Of a stretch of 64,000 nt of DNA, positions 56,727 to 64,000 are shown piece by piece (the first letter of the stretch is position 1; every line of letters begins with the position of its first letter). The DNA is from a virus. The DNA lies in IMG/VR virus record IMGVR_UViG_3300026484_000402, positions 1-64,000 of that record. The stretch is one strand, 5' to 3'. The translations under genes were made by a program, and so were the position numbers. A model generated the notes under the pieces. It searched no databases. It was not told the origin of the DNA and saw only the letters and a program-made list of their open reading frames with translations.

Positions 56727-57030
56727 TATCCTTTGTAAAATTGTATATTTTAAAATCTCTTAAATACATCAATTGATAAATTAAACCGGAATCATTTTTT
56801 ATTGCACTTTCATATTGAAAATTATGTTGATTTAAATACGGATTTATTTTATTTTTTTTTGTATTTGAAGAAAAAACATCACTTTTTGCAACTATATCAA
56901 ATTCAGTTTTCTCTGCATTAAAAAAATTATCTATTTGGGAATTTTCTTTATATAAAAAACCCTCCCTATGAAGCTGATTAACATCTTTAAAAAACCCATT
57001 TTTAATTAGCTCCAAAACATCATTTAACAT
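56716..57030 (-). CDS. Hypothetical protein
   Basis: Operon packing. Confidence 0.6.
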   Translation of the reverse strand: MLNDVLELIKNGFFKDVNQLHREGFLYKENSQIDNFFNAEKTEFDIVAKSDVFSSNTKKNKINPYLNQHNFQYESAIKNDSGLIYQLMYLRDFKIYNFTKDIDG

Positions 57031-57031
57031 T

Positions 57032-57286
57032 TTATTCCTCTATTATTGGATTTTGTTCAACATCAGATTCTTTAACAATTACAGAATATGTAATTATTCT
57101 CGTTACGGTTCCCTGCATATCTGTACTTTCTATAGTTTCAATATGCTCATATCTATTATCTGTTAAAAGTTTCTGCATAAATTCCTCATATAGTTCTGCC
57201 ACAGAAAAATCAGCAAAAATGAACATTTTTGTTTTTATTACTTTCTTATATCCGTCTAACCCGAAAGTGCCAAAAACGTCCATCAT
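57032..57286 (-). CDS. Hypothetical protein
   Basis: Operon packing. Confidence 0.6.
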   Translation of the reverse strand: MMDVFGTFGLDGYKKVIKTKMFIFADFSVAELYEEFMQKLLTDNRYEHIETIESTDMQGTVTRIITYSVIVKESDVEQNPIIEE

Positions 57287-57525
57287 CCTCTTCTATCTCT
57301 GGCCATAATAGCAGATTTTACCATTTTTAAATATGGAGCAACTTTTCTTGCTACTTCTCCGCTACATTCTCTTAATTTTAACTGAAGGGCTGAGACCTGT
57401 TGTAAATCCAAATTATCCACCATCCAATTAGGGCTTTTACTTTCAAAAAAATGTCTTAATTTTGTGCAACTCCATCTTCCAATATCTCCTACATTCATTT
57501 TATTCTCCTTTGTAAAAAGTTCCAA
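57283..57525 (-). CDS. Hypothetical protein (true start probably MNVGD)
   Basis: AAAGGAG SD before the internal ATG. Confidence 0.6.
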   Translation of the reverse strand: MELFTKENKMNVGDIGRWSCTKLRHFFESKSPNWMVDNLDLQQVSALQLKLRECSGEVARKVAPYLKMVKSAIMARDRRG

Positions 57526-57724
57526 TATTTTGTAGCAATCTTACGTTAAAAGCTTCAACTGTTTTAAATCTTTCAAAATTTCTTACTTCAGCTGTAGAAA
57601 CAATAAAATCATCCATAAACTTAGGACAATTTTTTGCACTAACATTATAAAAATAATTTTTTTGCTGCGATATTCTTTCTAATTTTTCAGTTGTAAGCTT
57701 ACCAGATATTATAGCATTTTTCAT
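57500..57724 (-). CDS. Hypothetical protein
   Basis: TAATG overlap with upstream gene. Confidence 0.6.
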   Translation of the reverse strand: MKNAIISGKLTTEKLERISQQKNYFYNVSAKNCPKFMDDFIVSTAEVRNFERFKTVEAFNVRLLQNIGTFYKGE

Positions 57725-60700
57725 TATGTTTCCTTAATATAATTTGTTAAAACTAAATTATTTTTATCATTATATATTAATTTTAAATCAGTACCATTTA
57801 AAGTTACATTACAATTTTTACCTAAAGCCTGTTCAATATTAGCCTCAAAATCATATTTAGATAAATCTATATCTAAAACATCTCCCTCTGTTATATCGTT
57901 CATTACACCAATACTACATAAAAACATATGAAATAATTCATAAGGCAATATATCTGTTGCAGTGTCATCATTCATAAAAATAGTTCCAATACATCCATTA
58001 AAATAATCTTGATAATCAGAAGATGCAATATTATTTCGTTTTATTGATTCATATATTCTAATAAATAAATTGATTAAGGCACTTTCAGATGAGTAAATAT
58101 TATTAGTAGGTCCCAATAATGCCGCAAAATCCCAAGGGTCTACTCCATTAAATCTATCGTAAAGTATCTTAATTTGAGAAACCGAATCTTGTACACCTAT
58201 AATATTATCTTTATCTTTGATAAAAAACGTTTTAATCAAAGCATTCCATACTGTGTCTTTATACTTTAAAGATACCCCGCTTGTACATCTGTTAGACAAG
58301 AAACCACCTAAAGTAGCAAAATATCCGTTTCTTACAACATCTATAAGCAGCATATCATCATAAATTGATATAGTTTCTATAATTTTATGTTTAGAAGTTG
58401 CTAGAGGCAGCACTACCTCTTTGCTTCCACTGTCATATTTAAGTGTTGCTTTAATAGCTGCTGGCAGTATTCTTAATGTAAGAGCTTTTTCATTGATGGA
58501 CATATTTTTATATTCTTGCGTTGTTATTTTATTCAAGTCTAAATCGAGAGTTTTATTTATCTCTGTTTTATATTGTCTTATGTAAAGAGTTGAAAAACTA
58601 ACCACGGCTTCTTCCGGAGTTCCATCTAGCCCATAATCCATAGCTGGGGCAGATTCTGGAGTGTCTAATTCCAAGACCACATCCCTAAAAGTATCACTAT
58701 ATAAATGAATTATTACATCGTTGAGGTCAAAGAAAAACACTTCCAATAATACAGTAATTTGTTCAAGCATATTAGGTGCATTTTGCGCAAGAAATAAATC
58801 CATCAAAGCATGTTTTAAAACATATTCATCTATTTGTATCTCATTATTATTGTTGTCTAATAGTGTGTCATTTTTAAATAATTTAATTAATTCAGGTTTT
58901 TTAGATAAATCATTTAATGTTATTTTTCCATAAGTTTTAAAATTGAACTCTTTAACATTTAACATGCCATAATAAGGTTTAAATACTTCTTTTAAATCTG
59001 TTTCTTTAAACACATATGGCCCTATATTATTTATGTTTTGTTTAGTTAATAAATCATGGAGTGTATATATGTTTTCTTCTTGCATATAATTGCTAAACGT
59101 ATTTTGCATTGTTGAATAATGTGTATCACTCATACCTAAAAACGTTTTTTGAACATCATCTAAAGATATCTCATCAAAATATTTTAATTGTATAGATGGA
59201 ATAAATTGATTCTTTGGCGCAGTAAATATACCGTATTTTTCTACAATTGAAGCATTTTGAAAATAAAAATCTGCATCTATAACGCTATCATATATAGAAA
59301 TGTATTCTAATTTTTTTTGCAATAACAAATTTTTATTAATAAGAGTAAGATTTATTATTTCATCAACACTTTCATATAGGGTTGATATATCATCATCGTC
59401 TTTTGAATAATATTTATAATTTTCTTTATCAAATTTTAGTCTAACATCGGAAATGGCGTTTGATGTAAAAATAATTCCTGTATTCATTATATCTTCAGAT
59501 TCTTTTAGGCTAATAGGCGAATTTAAAGTATTAATACTATTTTGTGGTTTGTATAATTTTAAATTAGTTCCCTGAAAAGCATAATTTCTTACATCATATT
59601 TAACTAAAGCGTTTCTGCTTACAGGTTCTACATAATCTTGTTCTCCACTAGTTGAAATAGTGTGTTCTGTGTAATCTTTTAATGTAAGTAAAATTTTATT
59701 TGAACTATTTGTAGCTGTTCCCAATGTTCCTGCATTTATTAATTCTACAAATTTAGAAGCTAAAGCTACTTCATTGTTTACATCAGGATTATTTTCATTG
59801 GTAGTATCAATAGTGTATTGAGTGTCATCTACTTTTATATAATAAACATATCCTCTTCTAAATTTAACAACTTCTATACTCCCACTTTGATGTTTACCAT
59901 CAGCATAAGATTGTATTTTACTTATATTAAATAAATCTGTAGGGGCACCTGTTACTGTTAAATCTGTTTTTTCAGAAGTTAAAATCAATTTACTGTCTGT
60001 TTGCTCTAAGGTAAAATCCATTTCGTAAGGATAATCATCGTCTACAGTATATGATGAATTAACTAATTCTACCTTTATAGGACTAGATGAATTATTAACC
60101 GCATCCAATATTTCACCTATCGTAGGGAATATTGTATCTGAACCATCTGAAGCATACACTACTTCTAAAGTGTAGTTTTCTTCATCCCAGTTTACCTCCA
60201 GGTCATGTTCGCTTGAGTTGTCTTCAGTAAGGGATACATTTATAGTTAACCCTGTTTCAGTTGTAGGATAATACCACGCAAGTTTTACCTCATTATCATC
60301 GTCTATTGGAGCAGCAGAATAATAACCTGCTTCGGTAGCATAACTTACTCCGTCTATTCCTTCAGTAATATTGCTTCCAAGTGTATCAGCAACTATATCG
60401 GGAGTATCGTCTGTTGTTGGAGTATAAGAATAAGCAGTTCCGTTTACATCTAAAGTATTTGTTTGTTCAGGAAGTAAATATTTCACATATATTTCAACTA
60501 TTGCGTTTTGTGCATCTTGTGCTGCCTGGGTTTCTGTAAAATTACTTATTTTACATCCGCTACCAGTAATTTCAGAATCAGTAAGATTTAGTTTGATTTC
60601 TTTAAAAGTCGAATTATCTAGAAATAATCCGTCTAGATTATTTAATGTTAAAAACATATAATCTATAGATTCATCTTTATGATAAAAAACATCTTTAAAA

Positions 60701-61218
60701 GCTTTTACATTTAAGATTGAATTGTCCTCAAACTTAACATATGATACAGTTCCCGAAGTTACCGTTAATGTTTCAGTGGCTTTTGATAAAGTATTTATTT
60801 TTTCTTGTTGTATTATTTCTCTAACACTTAAAGCATTAGTGTTAAAACTATTTTTCTCTTGAATTTTATCCCAGGTTTTACTTTTTTTTAGAAAATTAAC
60901 TTCAAGAAAATCGTAAAAATCTGAATATTTCTTAATAGAATCATCCTCTGAAACCAAATTATTACATTTGATTTTAAAAACATCAGATTGCAATTCATAT
61001 TCAACTCCCAGCAAGTCACCAGATATTTGTTTTAAATACCCATCTATATTGTTAGTAAATACTTTATTCAAAGTCACTCCTAATAAATTATTTTTTATAT
61101 TGTTTTCATTTGTTAGCAATGTAAAAATTTTATCATATTGATTAACGGCATCAGAAAGAGCTAATTTTAGCTCATCTAGAGTATAATTGCCGCTTAAAAG
61201 TAATTCAACGTTAGTCAT
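57724..61218 (-). CDS. Large acidic virion (tail/baseplate/fibre) protein
   Basis: 1164 aa; Thr/Asp-rich beta segments. Confidence 0.55.
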   Translation of the reverse strand: MTNVELLLSGNYTLDELKLALSDAVNQYDKIFTLLTNENNIKNNLLGVTLNKVFTNNIDGYLKQISGDLLGVEYELQSDVFKIKCNNLVSEDDSIKKYSDFYDFLEVNFLKKSKTWDKIQEKNSFNTNALSVREIIQQEKINTLSKATETLTVTSGTVSYVKFEDNSILNVKAFKDVFYHKDESIDYMFLTLNNLDGLFLDNSTFKEIKLNLTDSEITGSGCKISNFTETQAAQDAQNAIVEIYVKYLLPEQTNTLDVNGTAYSYTPTTDDTPDIVADTLGSNITEGIDGVSYATEAGYYSAAPIDDDNEVKLAWYYPTTETGLTINVSLTEDNSSEHDLEVNWDEENYTLEVVYASDGSDTIFPTIGEILDAVNNSSSPIKVELVNSSYTVDDDYPYEMDFTLEQTDSKLILTSEKTDLTVTGAPTDLFNISKIQSYADGKHQSGSIEVVKFRRGYVYYIKVDDTQYTIDTTNENNPDVNNEVALASKFVELINAGTLGTATNSSNKILLTLKDYTEHTISTSGEQDYVEPVSRNALVKYDVRNYAFQGTNLKLYKPQNSINTLNSPISLKESEDIMNTGIIFTSNAISDVRLKFDKENYKYYSKDDDDISTLYESVDEIINLTLINKNLLLQKKLEYISIYDSVIDADFYFQNASIVEKYGIFTAPKNQFIPSIQLKYFDEISLDDVQKTFLGMSDTHYSTMQNTFSNYMQEENIYTLHDLLTKQNINNIGPYVFKETDLKEVFKPYYGMLNVKEFNFKTYGKITLNDLSKKPELIKLFKNDTLLDNNNNEIQIDEYVLKHALMDLFLAQNAPNMLEQITVLLEVFFFDLNDVIIHLYSDTFRDVVLELDTPESAPAMDYGLDGTPEEAVVSFSTLYIRQYKTEINKTLDLDLNKITTQEYKNMSINEKALTLRILPAAIKATLKYDSGSKEVVLPLATSKHKIIETISIYDDMLLIDVVRNGYFATLGGFLSNRCTSGVSLKYKDTVWNALIKTFFIKDKDNIIGVQDSVSQIKILYDRFNGVDPWDFAALLGPTNNIYSSESALINLFIRIYESIKRNNIASSDYQDYFNGCIGTIFMNDDTATDILPYELFHMFLCSIGVMNDITEGDVLDIDLSKYDFEANIEQALGKNCNVTLNGTDLKLIYNDKNNLVLTNYIKET

Positions 61219-62953
61219 TAATATTACCTTCGAGTTGACTCAATCTGTTTTCAATTTCCTCAAATTTTACCTTATTGTTCTGATTTTGCGTTTTGAACTT
61301 ATCTGCTAAGACAGTTAATGCATCTGAGATTGATTTAATAGCTTCTACATGCTTATTCATAGATTCAGCAACTTTAGTTTGCAATACAGCTGTATCTATA
61401 TCTCTGTAAATTATTTCTTCAGGTAATAGCGACGTATCAAGCTCATCAGTAATTTCTGCTTCTAATAATTCGAAACTTGAAGCCCCTTTAATGTAAATTG
61501 CTAATTTACCAGTTTCAAAAGAAGGCTCTTCCACTGAGAGCATTTTTGTTTTTATTTCGATAAAATTTCCATTTATACTTTTAAACAATCTTAGACTTTT
61601 ACCAAATGGAGTAAATGAAATTACAAGTTTATAAATATTATTGTCAAAAGACAAGAATTCCTCAGGAATTACTGAAAATCCATCTACTAGAAAACTATTT
61701 TTAGGTTGTGCTTTAAAATTATAAGCGAGGTCTGCTCCATTAGGATGTTTTACAATACAATACCCTTTAATATTGTTTGCCAAGACTTCAAACATAGTAT
61801 CCTTTTCAGTCGATTCAACAATTACTGGTGTTTGTTCGCCAAGAGAATTTACCCCATAAACCACATCTGAAGTAACATTGTATGTTTGCACTCCAAATAC
61901 TACATTAAAAATATCGTTTCTCGCCAATTCTGGATATTTTGCAAAAGATTGTTTATTGTTTACACTTTCTTGATAAGTTACTATATCCAAGGAAATGCCG
62001 CTATGTTTATTATCTCTATCTACAAAAAGATAATTTCCATTTTCATCAACAAATGACCATACAGGATATTTTAATGAAAGCTCAATCTCTTCTTCATTGT
62101 AAATTTTAACCACCCCATTTAAAGAAACAATATAATATTTTCCATTGGCAAGTTGCGCATCTTGCACTTCATTTTCAGTATTAACTGTACCATCAATAAA
62201 GTTGAAAAAATACAAATTATTGTCAATATCTATTAATGTTAATGAATTTTTAAACGCTTTGATTGTTTTGTATGTTAGTGTGGTATCAACAGCAGAATAA
62301 TCTCCATCTCCCCAAATTGAAATTTTGCCGTTTGCTTTTTTAATTATTATAAAATCGCTTCCTGCAAATATTTTTACCGGAGCATCTGTTGAACTATCAT
62401 AATCATTTACAGTATCGGGAACTGATACATTATTACCAGCGCTTTTACCGTTTACAATTACTATGTTTTTATTTTCATCAGTGTTTTTATAGATATATGC
62501 AATAAACCCGTCTCCGGTTGCAACATCTATTACATTATCAGGCTGATTATCAATTTGCCCATTACTATTGTCACCATAAACATAAACATTACCGTTAATT
62601 AACGCTACTTTATTAGTCGAACTCCCATCTAGTTTTAAATTTTGGAAATCAATTTCATTAAAAGCGGTTTTTTCTTCTCCATCAACAATTAATTTTTTCT
62701 CACTGTTAATATAGATTTTTTCATCTCCATCAAACCAATACGGTGCAGGTAATTCTGTTTCAACATAAGGGTCAGCTTTAAATAAAAAAACAACGCTTTT
62801 GTTTACAGATAAATCAAATGTATCATTTGAAACAATTCCTGTGTTATAGTCTTGATTTTTTACATTATTTAAATAGATTCCGCCATTTTCTGTTAATACA
62901 GCAGTAGCTCCTACTACAGAGAAATCACTATTGGTTAATTTTTGGGTCGCCAT
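61211..62953 (-). CDS. RCC1/BLIP-II-like beta-propeller tail or receptor-binding protein with C-terminal coiled coil
   Basis: VYVYGDNSNGQ, VIDVATGDGFIAY, IFAGSDFIIIKKANGKISIWG. Confidence 0.6.
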   Translation of the reverse strand: MATQKLTNSDFSVVGATAVLTENGGIYLNNVKNQDYNTGIVSNDTFDLSVNKSVVFLFKADPYVETELPAPYWFDGDEKIYINSEKKLIVDGEEKTAFNEIDFQNLKLDGSSTNKVALINGNVYVYGDNSNGQIDNQPDNVIDVATGDGFIAYIYKNTDENKNIVIVNGKSAGNNVSVPDTVNDYDSSTDAPVKIFAGSDFIIIKKANGKISIWGDGDYSAVDTTLTYKTIKAFKNSLTLIDIDNNLYFFNFIDGTVNTENEVQDAQLANGKYYIVSLNGVVKIYNEEEIELSLKYPVWSFVDENGNYLFVDRDNKHSGISLDIVTYQESVNNKQSFAKYPELARNDIFNVVFGVQTYNVTSDVVYGVNSLGEQTPVIVESTEKDTMFEVLANNIKGYCIVKHPNGADLAYNFKAQPKNSFLVDGFSVIPEEFLSFDNNIYKLVISFTPFGKSLRLFKSINGNFIEIKTKMLSVEEPSFETGKLAIYIKGASSFELLEAEITDELDTSLLPEEIIYRDIDTAVLQTKVAESMNKHVEAIKSISDALTVLADKFKTQNQNNKVKFEEIENRLSQLEGNIND

Positions 62954-62965
62954 ATTTTTTCCTTA

Positions 62966-63295
62966 TTATTTATTTTTCCCAATCGCCTCTATAACTTTAT
63001 TGGCTATTTTATCACCTAGCACATCTGCTATTTTTACTAAATTTGCAATATCTGTATTTCCAGCTTCTTCAGCTACTTTTATTAAACCGTCAAGGGAATT
63101 AACTTTGTCTATTTCTGTAGCTATTTTTTCAATTGATTGACTTACTTTATTTACAGTTTCAATTTCAAGATTTAAATCATCAAGTTCAACTGCTTTCTTT
63201 TCTGATGCTTCTTTTTGTAGGTTTACATCAGGTTTAGTCTCTTCTGATTTTACTTCTTCTTTTATGTTTTGGATAAATTCTTGAAAAGAATGCAT
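62966..63295 (-). CDS. Small acidic K-x-A repeat protein
   Basis: 6 K-x-A sites in 109 aa; own promoter (63317-63325) and SD. Confidence 0.65.
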   Translation of the reverse strand: MHSFQEFIQNIKEEVKSEETKPDVNLQKEASEKKAVELDDLNLEIETVNKVSQSIEKIATEIDKVNSLDGLIKVAEEAGNTDIANLVKIADVLGDKIANKVIEAIGKNK

Positions 63296-63368
63296 GACAA
63301 ATCCTTTTTTTGTTAAATAATATCAAAAAATAAGGGTATTAGCAAGAAAAAAAGAAAGAAAGAAATCG

Positions 63369-64000
63369 TTAGAGATTTGAAAGATAATTGTATTTTCTGA
63401 TTTTACCACCAAAAATAACATAAATATATTTATCTTCATTAACGGTTTCTACATTGATTACATCATTACCAAGCTGAATATCTTTTACATCTGTTACTGT
63501 TGTCACATTACCATCGGCGTCTTTATACCACAAAGTATTTGTTTTATCTAAAACAAACAGATGTTCATTTAAAGAAAGGGCTTTTACAATTCCGTTAGAT
63601 ACTGCTGATGATTTAACGTTGTTATCGTTATCTACAATCTTATAATCATCAAAAATATCTGAGTCTACCAATTCGCTATCTGTAATTTCTTTTACAGCAT
63701 TGCTGTTTAATACAGCGATAATTTTATCTCCTACAGGAAATACATTAGCAATATCTGTTATATTCGCTGTCGCTATAGTTGAAACTGATTTTGCATTGTA
63801 TGCTGTTTCACCAAGAACTACAATTTTATCTTCAGCTTGAACTAATGTTACAGTGTTGTATAGGATTACCAATTTGATTTTTTTAATATCAAATTTTTCC
63901 TCTGTATAATATTTGTTGTCTTTCAGTTTTCCATCTACAGTAACAATAACCATATGGTTTTTATTTGTTCCAGCATAACTTATATCAACATTTGACGCCA
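63369..64000 (-). CDS. Beta-propeller-like putative virion protein, 5'-truncated by the window edge
   Basis: Frame stays open upstream of 63953 to the window end. Confidence 0.6.
   Translation of the reverse strand, partial: ASNVDISYAGTNKNHMVIVTVDGKLKDNKYYTEEKFDIKKIKLVILYNTVTLVQAEDKIVVLGETAYNAKSVSTIATANITDIANVFPVGDKIIAVLNSNAVKEITDSELVDSDIFDDYKIVDNDNNVKSSAVSNGIVKALSLNEHLFVLDKTNTLWYKDADGNVTTVTDVKDIQLGNDVINVETVNEDKYIYVIFGGKIRKYNYLSNL

Larger units (their letters stand above)
1..64000. mobile_element. Segment of a large tailed phage / phage-plasmid genome
   Basis: Portal, prohead protease, tape measure, holin, endolysin and spanins, RecET, DnaB/DnaG, plus Rep_3 with iterons; no host housekeeping context anywhere in the window. 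Confidence 0.92.

Noticed and set aside
1465-63140. Numerous opposite-strand ORFs in the track (e.g. 6196, 9066, 19438, 23491, 28856, 43527)
   Set aside because: Shadows of longer genes; F/S/I/L-rich antisense composition and no SD
1-64000. tRNA, rRNA, integrase, transposase, reverse transcriptase/DGR, large terminase, major capsid protein
   Set aside because: No diagnostic motifs recognised by eye; divergent versions among the hypothetical ORFs cannot be excluded without HMM searches

Overview
This is a very AT-rich, gene-dense 64-kb segment of a large tailed phage that also carries a plasmid-type replicon (Rep_3 initiator plus four iterons), so it is probably a phage-plasmid. The host is Gram-negative (spanin pair). 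The TATAAT/extended -10 promoters with upstream T-tracts and the short GroES type suggest Campylobacterota. Recognisable modules: small early-type genes (1-3.2 kb); portal and head-associated proteins; rep/ori; a translationally coupled operon of membrane protein, receiver-only response regulator, histidine kinase with an EndoIII-type Cys motif, and holin; a replication/recombination operon (RecT, RecE-like exonuclease, DnaB, O-like initiator, DnaG, GroEL, SSB); scattered lysis genes; a stand-alone C-terminal half of RNA polymerase beta-prime and a sigma-like factor; a prohead protease; and tail/baseplate genes with a tape measure, GroES and a -1 frameshifting tail chaperone. The most striking signals are: (1) an unannotated type I toxin-antitoxin-like locus near 1 kb whose antisense RNA is also complementary to the rep ribosome-binding site; (2) the kinase/regulator/holin operon; (3) a pervasive K-x-A motif in about 10 virion proteins, often preceding glycine-zipper segments; (4) promoters whose -10 sits inside hairpins that occlude the downstream RBS. 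No large terminase, major capsid protein, DNA polymerase, integrase, tRNA or CRISPR array was recognised. All calls come from motif recognition by eye; no database search was run.
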